DNA of 64,000 bases from Vicugna vicugna (lineage: Eukaryota): positions 3,663,895-3,727,894 of the forward strand of contig MU058844.1 of assembly GCA_013265495.1 (NCBI GenBank). Reading direction: 5' to 3'. Shown here in pieces: positions 37,566 through 51,809 of the stretch (positions within the stretch are counted from its first letter, which is position 1; each line of letters begins with the position of its first letter). The notes beneath the pieces are model-generated. The model saw only the letters and a list, made by a program, of their open reading frames with translations, ran no database searches and was not told where the DNA came from. The translations under genes and the position numbers were made by a program.

Positions 37566-39879
37566 AACACCCACTCCACACTCCACACACTCCAAGACCA
37601 CTGTCCATGGCATGTGACTAGATAACACCTAATATGCTGAAAGGGGCTGGACTGGAGGGTAGTTCAGGGCTGGCAACTGAGCCAAATGTGCACTGGATTC
37701 AAGGTGCCACTCCTTCATGTGAAGTCATTGATTGACTGTGGTCTGGGATTGGGTTGTTATCCACAAAAAGACCTTTCAATAAAATCCTGTTTGATTCAAC
37801 TAACTTCATTCATTCTCATAACGACCTACTTAGTCTTATCTCAACTTGGTTTAGGGATAAAAATCATTAGGTATTATCATAAATTAAATAAGAATTGGTT
37901 GGGAAACTCTGAGAATTAGTCTGGGCTTCTTTATTTTCATTCCAGCCCTGCTCCCTTTCTAAATGACCTGCAAATTTGTTTTCGTCAACCTTCGTTTACC
38001 TCAAGTGACACAGCCTGTGTTCCACAGATAGCAAAGGAGAAAATACATTCAACAATTTTTTTTTATCATCTCCAAACACATGAGTAAAAGAATATCTGAA
38101 AGATGTTTTCAACTGACTAATTAGGTTAGGAACCTCAGGAGAACAGTCCTATTTGCTATAATTTTGATGGCAATGTTTCTGTTTCTGATTGAGATTCTGG
38201 CAAGAACAGATTTCTCCTTTGACACTTCCTGTTGGAACTTCTAGTAGGAAAAAAAGAAAGGAACTTTTTCTTTCTCATCAATTGGGAAAGACAAACTTGG
38301 GTTGTAAGTGACTTATGTACAAAGGCCATGACTTCCTAATTTTTTAAGTACGTATTTTATACTCTGGCATTGTGTAGAGTACCAGGAAATAAATGCTTTT
38401 TTTGGTAACTGTTGATATATCTCCCCTACCCTGCTCCATAAATTTTGGTATTTTGGTGCAGCATTGACAAAGTCCTCAGTTTATAGTATATGCAAGTCAA
38501 ATGGAGGAACATAAATCACTTCTTTCTCTGAAACGTTTTTTTCCTTTTATGATCTCTGAATGTGAATACTTAGAACCAATTGTCCTTCCATTGTTTCTCT
38601 GTCCCACATTTGTCAACTAGTGGTGAGTTTGCTGAAGGAAAGCAGTTTTCCTTTGTGTTCTCCATGGCACTTAATCATGATGCTGAGACTACATAGGTGC
38701 TTAATAAATTCTTGCCACTTTTGATTCCATCTCTTTTAAAAAAAGAGATTTAAAAAAATACTCTTAAAACCCTGTCTTGATATTCTTCCTCAGCATGGTC
38801 CGGGCCCAGTAAGTTGTAGGAAATGACTGAGTTCTCGGTCTCTTCAGAGTCTTTTGCTGCAGATTGTAATTGTTAGTGATAATTGCTTGAAGTGATATTA
38901 TTACAAATAGGGCTACTAACTAATTTTTAAACTATATATGCCTGTCAAGGTATTGGAGTAAAATGCAATGTCAAAAATACACTGAGAATAGTATAGTACT
39001 GTATGTGATGACAAATGTGAACAAAAAAAAAAGAGAGGCCAAAAACAAAGAAATATAAGGTAATTATGATTTCAGTCTATCGGAGTCTGCCCCGTATTGT
39101 CCAGTGCCATTTACTTCCCATTAGAAGCTGTTGTTGGTTCTAGTCAAGAAATTAAAGCCCACCCCCACCCCACCACAAACTTGTGATAGTAAAGAAAAAG
39201 GATGCCCTCTTTAGAGCTTCTCTGAGATCCTAGTATATAGTTTTCAATCTTAAATTTCACTCAAATACCCTAACATAATTTGGGACATCCTATACAGAAT
39301 ATAGACCAAGGATTCTTAATATGGAACTGGTAGAAGGGATTCCAAGGCCCTTGGGGCCCTTGATGTTGTATATAAAACTGAGTCTGTGTATATGTACATT
39401 TTTCTGAGTTTTCTGGCCTTTCCTCTGGGATTCCTGACCTTTTCTTCCTCCAGGGTAGAGAATCACTCTACATTTATTCTGTGTCCTAGAACCAGCCATG
39501 TGAGCTTGACCAGACAAGCAGATTTGGGAAAGATCCTGCCCACAAAGACTCAAAGGGCATTGGGCAAAGATGACAGTTCTCACCATGCTTTAATTTAGGA
39601 CTGTTCAGGGGATCCCTTTCCAGAATTCAAGCATCATGCTGAAATTACCAGAGGCTATTAATACTGCATGTATATTTATTTTCATGACTTGGCAAGGGTG
39701 TGAGCTGCGACATGCAATCTTTGCAGAGAGGCTACTGTGAAGGTTGGCTAGCAACCAGGCAGATGTCTGGTGTATGGCAGTAATGTTCTCCTCTTCCTCC
39801 TCCTTAGCTACAGAGTGGTCCACATAGTGCATTTGCATTTCCATTCTCTGTAGCCCAGTCTCTTCTAATTTTAAAGAAC

Positions 39880-39995
39880 CTTTTTTGAGATGTAATAAAT
39901 ATACCATAAATTCAATTTTTAAGTGTATAATTCAACAGTTTTTAGTATATTCACTGAGTTATGCAAGCATCACCACTATCTAATTTTAAAACCTT
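39880..39995 (-). mobile_element. L1MA/MB 3' end fragment
   Basis: ttttaagtgtataattcaacagtttttagtatattcactgagttatgcaagcatcaccactatctaatttt. Confidence 0.75.
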
Positions 39996-40995
39996 CTATT
40001 TTTAAGCTTCTTTTCTAAGTGTTTCCTTCTAATATCTCTGGAACAACATTATTTTTCACTTACTTTTTTAAAAGAAGACCTATGCTCTGAAATTACTCCT
40101 GTAGATAATTGATAGTCCCAGGTTTTAAGAGGAGGTCTTGATAACATATGTTGGCTTCATCCCTTCTATAGTGCCAGGATTAACCCTTTGTGACTCAGTG
40201 TTTACAAAGAGCACTAATCAGCTTTTTAAATGTAGGTGATATCTCCTAGACCAAAGAAAAAAAAAAAGTTTAAGCCATTTTGAATTTACTATTTCTGTGG
40301 GCCATAAGCAGTGAATATGTGTAATTTCACAAGGTTCAACTTACAATGAAACTTGCATGAAATTTTCATGCTCGCTCCACTGGCACTACAAAAATTTGAA
40401 TGAAATACTATATTTTAGGCTCATTAAAGGTAAAGTAACTCGCTCTTGCTTGAAACACACAGCAAAAATATTGTGGGGTTTTTTGTGTGTGATTATACAC
40501 AAAGAATTAAAATATTCTCATCCTCAACCTTTATTCATTCATTCAATCTCAAATATTTACTAAGTACCTACTATATGCCAAGATAGGTGGTGGGAAGGAA
40601 GACACAGTCTCTGCCATAAGGGACACACATTTTTGCTGTACCTTCTTCTACCCTCTATTAATTTATTATTTTATATCTTTGCAAAGAGTTTGCATTTACA
40701 TCTTGAGCAAATTTATTAACTGATTAACTCTTGGTCCCTACTGCTTCATAGGTAGGCCAAGCCTTCCTCTCTTCTGTGTAAACTTCAATTACACACATGA
40801 CTTTTTTCCCTATAGTTCCCAAGTTCTCTGAGTAAACGCAATCTTCTGTCAGTGTCGCAGTGTTTCCACATTGTTAAGGGATGTAATTTTGTAGTTTTCC
40901 CAAGTATAATTACTACCTGCCTCAGTCTTAGCTGAAATGTCAGTGAGTTTCAATTCTTAAATTTTGGAAGAAGATTAAGGCATTTAATTTACACA

Positions 40996-41030
40996 ACACA
41001 CACACACACGTGCGCGCGCGTACACACACA
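40996..41030. repeat. alternating purine-pyrimidine tract (CA)n-(CG)n-(CA)n
   Basis: acacacacacacacgtgcgcgcgcgtacacacaca, 35 bp uninterrupted RY alternation. Confidence 0.9.
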
Positions 41031-41623
41031 GTATCTTAAAGTGTGAAAATTTAGTCCTTAACATTCAAGTCTCACGTGTAATCAAAATCATTAGTTATAT
41101 AAAAGACACATATAAGTAATTTTTACATATTTCTAGGATATTGGTAATTCTCAATATATTTTAAATATTGCATTGGTCTTTCAGATATCCAGTGGATTTT
41201 ACCAGTCCTGAGTTAGGCTAGAATGTATTCCTGGACTATTGACTTGGGGTGGAGAACTACATGTATCTTTTGTTCATTTTCTTTCAAGTACTGCTCGGAG
41301 GAATAGAGTGCTGGGAAATTTCTATCATCAGATTTATACTAGAAAGGTCATGATGATCAGGAAGCAATGGGATGCTACTCAAGGATAATAGTGTTAATTC
41401 TGTCCAGAACAGATAGAACACAGAATTTGTGAGTGCTGGAGAACATGTCATCCCATTACTTTATTTCACAAATCTCAGAAAAGTTAAGTGACCAGTTCAG
41501 AGGTACTTAATTATTAGTTAAAAATCCAAAATTCAAACCCTATGATTCAAATTCCCAGCACAATGCTCTTTCTAACATTGTTTTTATCCATTAAACTCCT
41601 CAACTAGGGTTGGGCAACCTACA

Positions 41624-41815
41624 CTGGTGGTCCTCAAACTTGAACATGCCTCAGAATCACCAGGAGGCCTGGTTAAAACAGATTTCTGGGCCCAACCCTG
41701 AGTTTCTGATTCAGCAGGTCCAGGGTGTGTGTAGGTGTGTGAGAATGTGCATTTTTCTCAGAAGTTTTCAGGTGATGCTGATATTGCTGGTTGAGGAATC
41801 ACACTTTGAGACATC
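41624..41815. mobile_element. MER5A-like hAT-Charlie MITE
   Basis: gtggtcctcaaacttgaacatgcctcagaatcaccaggagg...gtttctgattcagcaggt...cacactttgag. Confidence 0.85.
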
Positions 41816-43019
41816 AAATCTGCATGAAGCAGGCTTAACAATTCTTCTATCAACAGGGTTTCTAATGGTTGTAATTTCTGTTGTTCCACTCCTTTGGCCT
41901 CTAAAAATATAATAAATGATCAAAATGCCCTGTCCGAAAACTCAGTGGCTCTCTATTGTCTCCCAGCATTGGCTTTCATATCAAGACTGGTGTGAAAATG
42001 ACTGTGTGTCTGGGCAGATGGCTAGTGAATGAGTCTGGAATAAGAAGGGAGCTACTTAGCACTTCTGATTAGCCCTCAGAGCTCCCAAGACCCAGTCTCC
42101 TGCCGGTGCTTCCTTCTCTTCCTCTCAACAAAATAAATAATGTTAAAAGTGCCAATGATAAGAGGATAGCCATAAAAATATGTTTTATGAACCTCCTCAT
42201 GTCTTCAACCCTTAAAGAGGCAGAGGATTATCATATCCCTGTAGCAGTCAAGATTCTTAGATACAGAAATAGAATTTAGGTTAGCCAGTGCAAACACAGA
42301 GATTTAATATAAGGTATCAGGTAGCTTACAGAACGTGAGTTGGCTTAGAAGAAACTGGGACCCATGCAGAACCCTCTGGGGAACGTGGTTTTGTTTTCCC
42401 AGTCTTTACTCTACAGGAAGGCATGCTGGAAGAGATCGGGATGGTTGTTGAGTGAATGACACTGCAACACCTGCCACAGTTACCATGACCAAGTTTTATT
42501 CTCATGCTAGATGCTGATAAAATACCAGATCTTGGTTTTATATACTCCCATAATGATTTAGGACTTAGTCTAGTGTTAAAGGAGAGACGTGTTAAAGGAG
42601 AGATTGTAGCAAACTGACAAGTAAAGTGAAAAATTTGTAAATAATTCTACTAGCACACTGGCAGAAAACTTAATGATTTCTAGTCCTTGTGTTCCTGGGA
42701 TTTCAGGATTCACAAAGATCTTTCATTTGAAGAAACACTTTTCTAAAGACAATCTGGTGGCTGCTACAACCTAAGGCTGATTATTTAGTTGCTGGTGGCC
42801 CTTAGGCTTATATTTTATACTATGTTTATAGTTTATACTAGGTTTCTGTAATGTGAAATTATTTATTGAAATTGAAATTTTTGGAAGTATATTGACTATA
42901 ATATGTTGAGGATAAGGATTCATTTCTATCATTATTTTACAGGATATGTTAGACAAAAACATCATCAGTCTTAGTAATCAGCAGGTCTTCTTATGAACTA
43001 GGAACTAGACATGTCTTAG

Positions 43020-43581
43020 TCTACAACTAAAACAACTTCTCTGTAAATAGGACAGTTGATGCTGTGGCCAGGTCACTACCAAACAGAATCCAAGGCTGGA
43101 GCATCCTGCTCGGAGTCTTCATTTTATTCCATGGTAGCATTCATGGATGGCTATACCATTGGATGAACCATTTAAACTGCTAAAACAAAGAGACTCACAG
43201 GCATTTTTCTTTCATGAGCCTGTCTAGAAGCAGGCAATGCAGAGCTGGTATATTAACTCTGTTATATTTAATACACAGCTTCCCTATCTCTGTCTATGTT
43301 GCCTATAACAATCCTCCCCCAGACAGTGGGAAGGGGAAAAGAGGAATTGGAAAGTGCATCCTCTCTAGTTAGGAATGAAACCTAGTGTTATACACACCAC
43401 TCATGGTTCACATGTCATTAGTCAGAATTTAGGCACAGAGCCACACTTACTTGCAAGGGAAGCCAGGAATTGTCATCTTTAGTTGGAAGATCTTAAACCC
43501 ATTGAAAATCTGGGTGGGGGATTTTAATACCAGAAAGAAGAAACAAATGGAATTGGTGGATAGCTAGCAGTCTTTGCTACA
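43020..43581 (-). mobile_element. MLT1J/K-like MaLR LTR
   Basis: cacatgtcattagtcagaatttaggcacagagccacacttacttgcaagggaagccagg...gctagcagtctttgctaca. Confidence 0.65.
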
Positions 43582-45889
43582 ATGTTTTCCCTGAAATTGT
43601 GGGTTGGTTTTCTGCATATCAGAGCTGCTTTGTGGGTGGACTCCACTGTGGCCATCTGTGCTGGAAGTGAAACTCCTTGAAAGGGCCAATAAGGGGAGCG
43701 CATTAAACTGATTTCCTGGTAAACAGATCAGGAAATAATAGAAACTCAGTGCTGAAAGGGATTTCAGTCACCATGTAGCCCAGTCATGCACCTGAGAATC
43801 TTAACAGAAGCACCTCTTTTTCAGACTTGCCCAATATTACGTGTGAAAACTAAGGACTTGTCGAAAGACACAGAATTATTGGTGATAATCAAGACTAAAA
43901 TCTAAGGAGTCTGGTAAGTTTAATTTTCCTTCTACTGCTCCTGAATAGACCCTTCTGAGCTTGGTTTCTATCATACCACAGTCAGAGAAGAGATATTTGT
44001 GTTTTTTTATAAGCTATAACAATCTATGTATTTTTAGAGTACTGTTAGATGCTGTAGAATAATCGAGCTAGTATATTGAATTGTAATGCCCCCTTTCAGT
44101 CATTGAAACAGTGGCGTCTTGTTAGAACACAGTTCATAATTACACATCTTTGGATGACCATACAAGTTGGTGAAAAGGGTATTGAAGTAGAATTCAATGA
44201 CAAGACCTAGCCTCAGCTATTTACTATCTAGATGACTCTGAGGAACTCATTTAACTTCTTTGAGACCTGTCTTATTTTTAAAACAGGACTGAAATTGAAC
44301 TCAATGGTTAACTACTTAACCATTGGCATAACACAGGATCCAAGTAATTAGAACAGATGCCAGTCATGAAAAACTCGACCAGGGGACTGGTGCATCCTAG
44401 AAGAATGTCACCCAGCTCTTAGCACTATGAGTTTTCTTTGGAAGTTTAATTGCACACTGTGAAAAATTGCCACATTAGCCTGCAACCTTAGTATTCATCC
44501 TCATTTTTGGTACTTATGTGATAAGAGAATACATTGAAGCTTCCACCTAATGACTTATTTTTAGGCCTCAAATTTCAAATAAATATCAGAAAAAGGAACA
44601 AATCTCTGTAAGATTGTTCTGGAACAATGAGCAAGTATCATCTGATTAGGAAACCCAGAGTCTCCCAGGTCCTCTGTAAAATAAAGTAGAAAATAATGTA
44701 GAGACTGACTTCTAAAATGGCAAGGAATCCATTTGTCCATAAAAGGATAGAGCCCACTTCAAAAGCCTGTCACATTTCATTATGTTTCTAAAGACCTCAG
44801 CTCCAAAGAGAGGACAATTGTGGGCCTGTAGGTGAGCCTTGATTTGATCTTTAGTAAAGGTCTAGAGATAAATGTTGCAATGAGAACAGAATCCATTTAG
44901 GATAAATTGGACAGAATAATTCTAAATTACGGCCTTGAAGTTCCCACTTCACTTATAGGAATGAGATAAGGCAAAACACTCCCGTTAATGAAACATGAGC
45001 TACTAATTTCCTGAAAAAGACAAAAGGAGGGGAGTGTATTGCTCTTACATGGAATGAGCATTTTCTTTAGTCTCCGTGCTGACAATGAGAGACTGTGTCA
45101 AGGGAGAAAGTGATAGGAGAGGCAGCCTTAGATCAAAACAAAGAATAAAGGAAAGCTAAATAATGCCTCTTGTCAGTTCCGAATGTGAGTTCACCTTCCT
45201 GGCTTTCAGCTGTCTCGTTCATTGCATGGCTCCATGACCACAGGGTTGAGTCTGTTCTCTGCTCCTCTGCATGTGTGTATGTGTCCATGCATTGTAATCA
45301 TTTGTAAATAGTGTTTCCTTTATGGTATTTTTTCCCTGGCTCTTGAAAAAGCAGTGCCTCTCTCCCAAATGCATGAACATGGACCTATCATCACAATCTC
45401 ATCTGCTTTACAGGTGGAAAATGGACCTATGAGAGCACTGGCCTTTTTGGAACTGAAAACAAGTATTCTTCTGTGATCTGAAAGCATTAAAGGTCAGATG
45501 ATCTGCAGAACTGGGGAAGGTGCTCAAATCCCAGAATCTCACTGATAAGGGTTGTGGTCCTGGGAGATGGCCCTTGTCACCCCAGCTCCTCTTCTGGCCT
45601 TCCTAGCAATCCTAGCACCACCCTGACCCCTTCTCCAGTGAATGCTCTTACCAGACTGTGGAAGAAGTGGAACATTTTGTATTGGGCAGAGAAGAGGTGA
45701 AGTTCCACCATGACCTCTGGCAGCACTTTATCTATCTTTCTTTCGCTACATGGGGAAAAGCAGCAGTGATCTGTAGGCAACAGTTTAACATGATTCTTAA
45801 GTCAATTCAAGCTGAATCCAACTTCCACATTGTGCCCTATAGTCTTAATTCTCTTTGAATTTTCTCTCCTGGATTTCTCCCAGAACCTC

Positions 45890-46740
45890 TGTTGTAAGTG
45901 GTTTGGGGTGTGTATATATGTGTTTTGCGTGTGATATGTGTTATGGTGAATGGTAATGTGTGTGGTATGTACATGTATGTCGGTGTATGTATGTGCTGTA
46001 TGTGTATATGTTTATAAGATGTATTTGTCTGCAGCGTGTGTGTGTTATTTGTACACAGGACATATGGGTATGTGGTGTTTATGTGGGATATGCATTTGTG
46101 CATAGTGTGTATATGCTTGTGATGTGTAAGTATATGCATTTGAATGTGGGATTTGTGCATTATGTGTGTGCATGGAGGTGTGTTTGTATGTGATATAAAT
46201 GTGTATGTGGTTAATTTGCATGTGGCATGTGTGTATATGTGTGTGTGGTGAATTTGTAGGCGGTATACGTATATTTGTGGAATGTGGTGTAGGTGTGGGG
46301 TGTGCAATTGTAAATGGTGTGGGGGTATGTCTGTGTGTGTTATGGGTGTGCATCTGTGTATATTTGCAGTAAATTATATGCAGTGTGTATATATATCTGC
46401 GGTATGTGGTGTGTGTTTTCAAGTGTTGTATGTTCATGTGCATTTTGTGTGCACATAGGTGTGGGAAGTATGGTGTGTATAATGTGTACTTGTATGCATT
46501 CGTATATATGTGTGTGTTATGTATTTATATGTAGCCTGTGTATGCATGTGTTGTGTGTGCCTGTGTGTGGGGTATGTATGTGGTATTTGCATATGTGTGT
46601 GGTGTCTCTTGATGTGTATGAGTGTGTGCAACATGTTTGTATGTGGTGTGTGTTGTGTGTATGATGTATGTGTACATGTGTGGTGGCATGCACACATTGT
46701 AACTGAGTATGTGTGCATGTGTGGGGTGGGGTGTGCAGTA
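45890..46740. repeat. TG-rich low-complexity / degenerate microsatellite tract (~850 bp)
   Basis: Continuous degenerate tgtg/tatg/gtgt composition; gives rise to spurious His/Thr- and Cys/Val-rich ORFs. Confidence 0.95.
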
Positions 46741-48544
46741 TAGCCACAGGTAGCCATTTATCCCTTAATTGTCCCAGATTTATTGAAGGGCTACTCAAAA
46801 TCATTATTGCAATTAGTTCAGTCTTGAAATAAACTAAATGCAATAGTTTTTGCATAAAGTTTAGAAACAATGGCTCCTTCTTCTTGGTTCTTCCAAAGTC
46901 ATGATAGGTTTCAGACAGGAACATCTAATTGTTCCAAGAGGCTTCTTTGGCCCCCCATCCCCTGGGGAGCTGACTTACATTGCTAGAAAGTTGGGGAAGG
47001 GCAAGCCACTGTAGAAGTGTTAAAAAAAAAAATAGAGTTACTTGTTGATTTACGTATGTGCTTCATTGCAAGTCGGAGAGACCATGAGGTTTGCACTGGC
47101 AACAGCCCTTCTTCTGAGTGGAGTAATACTGCAGTTGATTTTGTCTGGCTCAAACTGGGCCTTCAGAATTGGATAGGGTCTTACTTCTCAATTTGAAAAT
47201 CAACTTGTCCATTCGCAAGTGGCTTGACAAAATAACCCTGACAGCCTCGTTTTAAGCTCTCTCACCTTAATATCTAAAAATGAAAATCGTACCTTCTGGC
47301 AGTTAAAAACTCTCCTTTCCATTTTTATATCATTTTTATTAGGCTTCTGAAAAATAAACCTGTCATAGATCTGAGGCACAGAGACAGGATGTGAACACAA
47401 ACACCACTTGCTGAACATTCATGTCATTTGTCCCTATATGCACTCTACTCAAACAGTCGGTCTAAAATGCAATTTAGACACTGAAACAACAAACCTTTTC
47501 TCAGAATCCTCTGGCAGAGAAGCTGAGGTAGCTTCAGTTAGCAGTGCACCAAATCCTAATTACTCCCTTAGGAGCTAGTCATTAGGCGAAAACCTGCATA
47601 ATGTTCTATCTCCTGCACGATGCAGATCCTGGCATATTTCTTGTTTTGTTGTTTCCTGCCATTTGGAGAGATTGCTATTTGTCACACACTAAGCAGAGGA
47701 GGAGAGGACAGCAAAGTGCATTTCAGTTCCTTGGACAATTTTGTAAATTACCAATAGATGTGGCTGTTTTGAAAGGCTTTCTTCTTTTGTGTCGCTGCAT
47801 TGTGAGGCTGTCTGACACTTATGACTCGGAGCCCCTCAGCAGTGGTTGCTCAAAGGGGCTTCTGGGGCCATACCAGGTGTGTGGGAGCTGAACGATCAGG
47901 GCTTGACTTCTACCCCCTCAAATTCCCATTATCTTAAGTAGAAGAGCTTCACTTTAAAATATTTTATTGTGCTAGGGTTTTATATAACATTTAGTTCAAC
48001 AAAAAAGGAGCTGATAAGCCAACCTCACTATATTCTTAAAAGGTATAGAGACTCCATGAGTAGTGCATAGTGACCTGGGGATGGCCTCATGTGTCACAAT
48101 GGCCAGTGGCCAAATTAGCTGTCACCAAACTGCCCTGACCCCACATCAACAGCCACTGATCTACGGGAGAAATCCCAGATTCAAAATCTCTTTACTGCCT
48201 CAGTTCTTCCTCATCAGAAATATGAATAACTCACTATGAAGCTGGAACGATATGCAAGAGGGAGATGATGAGAGGTCTTATAAACCAGGTTAACAGGATG
48301 GATTTTATCTTCAAAGTCATAAAGTTCCAGAGATGTGGTTTGAGCAAGTTTGAGTTTTAGGGAGATCACCGTGGCAGCTGGGTGGAAATTTAACTGAAGA
48401 CTGGAGAATGGAGATGGAGAGACCAGATAGGATGCTAGTGACTTTTTCTCTTTTCTCCATTTTTAATTAAAAAAAGAAATCTCTATGATGGATAAAGGTA
48501 GATGAGAACAGTGCCAAGAGAGCACTTGTGAAAGGAAATTATTT

Positions 48545-49620
48545 TATTTATTCAATTTATTCAATAAATATTTGAATGCCCACTATATGCCTGGTATTGT
48601 TCTAGGTACTGGGGACAAAAGCTGTTGACCCCAGGGAGCTTATATTCTAGAATGGAGGAAACAGACAGTAAACAAATAAGTTAAATGTATAGTATGTTAA
48701 ATGGTGATAATGACTAAAAAGAAAAGGAAAGGAAATGTGGGGCGTGCAATAGTGGCTGGGGAGGTTAGAAGTTTTTAAAAAGGTATGATGGTCATTGAAG
48801 CCCTAAGTAGGTGAAATTTCAGCCAAGACTCAGTAGACGTGAGGTGGAGAGGCAACTGTGTAGTTATACAGAGAAGAGCATTTCAAGAGGTAGGGAAAAA
48901 ACATCAGGGTCACAGACACCAAGAGAATGTCATCACTGGAATGCTCGAGGGAGTGAAGGGTCCAGGAAGGCTGGAGTGGCAGGACAGAGGGGAAAAGGAG
49001 TAGGAAATAAGCTTGGAGAGGTTGGGGATGGAGCACAGAGCGAGGAAAGCATTTTGGCTTTACTCTGAGTGAGATAGAAGTTGTTGGAGATTTTGAAATC
49101 ATTAACTTGTGATTCCTCAGGATCTTTCTGGCTGCTGTGCTGAAGATAGACTTTTGAGGGCAAGAGTAAGTCAGGGAGTTCAGCTAGGAGGAAGTTGCAA
49201 CAATGTAGCTAAGAGGTGATAGTGTCTTGGATCAAAGAAAATGAGAAACAGAAGTAGGTTTCTAGATGTATGTTAAAGGTAGAGCTGATAGTATATACTA
49301 CATGATTGGATTTAGGGTATGAGAGGAAAAAGGAGCCAGAGATGGAAGAACAGAATTGCCATTAACTGAGATGGAAAAGATGGAGGGTGAGTCAGGTTTG
49401 GGGGTGGGGTGGAGCAGGAGGGATCAGAAATCCAGTTGGAGATTGTTCAGTTTGAGACACCTGCCAAACAAGGAGCTGTGGGTATATGTGACTGAAGTTA
49501 AGCAGAGAGGTCTAAGCTGGAGTTGTAACTTTATGAAATCTCAGCCTGTAGGTGATATTTAAAGCCACAAACTAGATATGATTACTAAGGGGAAGGGGTA
49601 ATTAGAGAAGAAAGAAGTGT
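48545..49620 (-). mobile_element. LINE-2 (~1.1 kb)
   Basis: Begins ttcaataaatatttgaatgcccactatatgcctggtattgttctaggtactgggg (antisense L2 tail) and continues with L2 motifs to atttaaagccac. Confidence 0.85.
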
Positions 49621-51809
49621 AAGTGAATCTAAGTAATGATCTACTACAATCAACAGCTAAATTCTTTGACATCTCCCAGAAGCCCTTTCCCAGGAGCACC
49701 AAAAAATTATTTCCTTATGTTTTTCATCTGCTTGTGACTAATTCTTGTTCCAGTGTGAAAGTTTTATTTTTCTCCTGATTCAAAATATAAGTTAATATCA
49801 TTTTTCTACATATTTGGCTTAAATAGAATTCACAGGTAACCTAGGAACTCAATTCACACTTTTCAACGATGTTTCTATGGGAACATATATTCTAAACTCT
49901 AAATAAGTGTCTTTCAAATTACTGTTGGAACATTATCCAGTTTTAATCTGGAAATTGCCTGTCATTCCAATGCAGAAAAGAACCTACATTTTCAGAATCC
50001 TTTATATCTTTTCATGTGATCAAATATCTTTTATATTCATCATTCATATTAATCATACCAATAAAATATTTATTTCTTTAGAAATTTTAATATAATATAC
50101 TATTAATATTTTCATTATCAGGTATTTTTCTTTATCATTTTATAGTTTTCCTTTTCCTTGGCCATTGTCTGGCCTCACACTCATCTCCAATGATGCACAT
50201 TAAGTACTCTCTAATTTTACTGATAAAATAATTTCTATTTTAAGAAATGTTACTAATTTTTATATGTTATGGAAATATATCCACTTCCTGCCATTACATG
50301 CCTTATTTACCTCAAATTAATACCAGACTAGACTTGATTAGTGCAACCTTTAGGGTGATGACTATGTTTCCTCTTCTGCCATTGGTTCCAGATTGTTCAC
50401 GACTGTGGGGAATAGGAAGGAGGATGAGTAGCCATTGAGGTGATGGAACTTGGATGAAGCAGCAGCGTAATCTGTTTCTTACCCTTTGCTCAGTTTTCTG
50501 GAGCCTCTCAAAGACATTGCATCATTTCCTCTGGCTGAGCCTTTGTACACAAGGAGTAGACTGAATTATCCCCTAGTCTCTGTAGGTAAACGATTCTGTT
50601 CTTAAAACCTTTCTTCATTGTGTATCTCAAGGATGCGTTTTCTGATTGCCACTGTGACATTTTGCATGGAATGGCCAATCTAATCAAGAGCATCTCCCAG
50701 ATTAGCTTTTTCCCCTGTTAATCAGAAGCATGTTTTACCTTTATGCTATTAGATATTAATCTCTTTGAAAAAATCAAGTTTCAGTATTTACAAGGCATGT
50801 CTTCAAATCACACTCTTTCAGTTACACCGTTAACTTAGTTAATCTTCGGATAGGGCAGAATGTCATCAATTTCACAATCTCTCTCATTGGTTTCAGTGCA
50901 ACAGTTTTCCTCCTGACTGGGGTAAATGATCGCTAGGTCCTCCAGTAAAATTCTTTGGCGCTACTGAACTGGAAAGCTTTGGTTTCTGTTTGCATTTCTG
51001 GTTTGCATTTACTTTGCCATTATTCTTTTCTATTTTCTGAAGTAATTGGAAAATATTGTATGAAGGTGTCTTTCTTTTGTAAAAGAAAGAACACATGACA
51101 AGTCACCTGGAGATCTGGAACGTAGCCCCATTAGTCAATGAATAAACACCTTGTTTACGTTTCAGTTTAAGTGGATTTTGCTTTGCCTTTTTTACTCCCA
51201 CTATGGTGTTGGTTACATGAGGCGATTTAGTCTCAGACTTGGAAGATCTTTAAGGGGTACTTTATCGCAGTTTCCACAATAAGATCCTCTTTAGAACATC
51301 TTTCATTAGTGGTTGCCTGCTTTTGCTTGAACATCTTCAGATGTGAAAATTTTCATTCAGTCAATGGAAAGCAATAATTGCTAATTATACATCATTTTGA
51401 GAGGTGAGGGAGATTCTAAGTTACTGACCACTTCTCTTTTCTGTGAAACTCTGTGGTTGGGAGGGCTGCTACACACTTCCCATGGCTTACCTTTCCAGGC
51501 AAGTCTTAGGTAGAGACGTCATCTTTTCTTGAGCAGAATAATTTCGTTACGGCTTAAGGTATCTAGTGCTATATCCATCCATCCATCCATTCATCTGTCA
51601 TCTATATTTATTTCTCTCTTATTTCTTTTCACAAGGGCTAGCATTTTACAATGCTTTTACCTTATTCAGATCTGGCCCTTTTGTGTTTTAGCTAATGACC
51701 CAACAAGAATAGTTTGCTGCTTCTCTCTTCTGTTTTAAATGATCACTGTGTAGTTCAACCTCTTGAGCAAGTGTGAAGTTTCTGCAAACTTAAAACATAC
51801 TAATTCTAA

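Noticed and set aside
45837..46924. Long His/Thr- and Cys/Val-rich ORFs (77-156 aa)
   Set aside because: Translations of the TG/CA low-complexity tract, which is depleted of stop codons.
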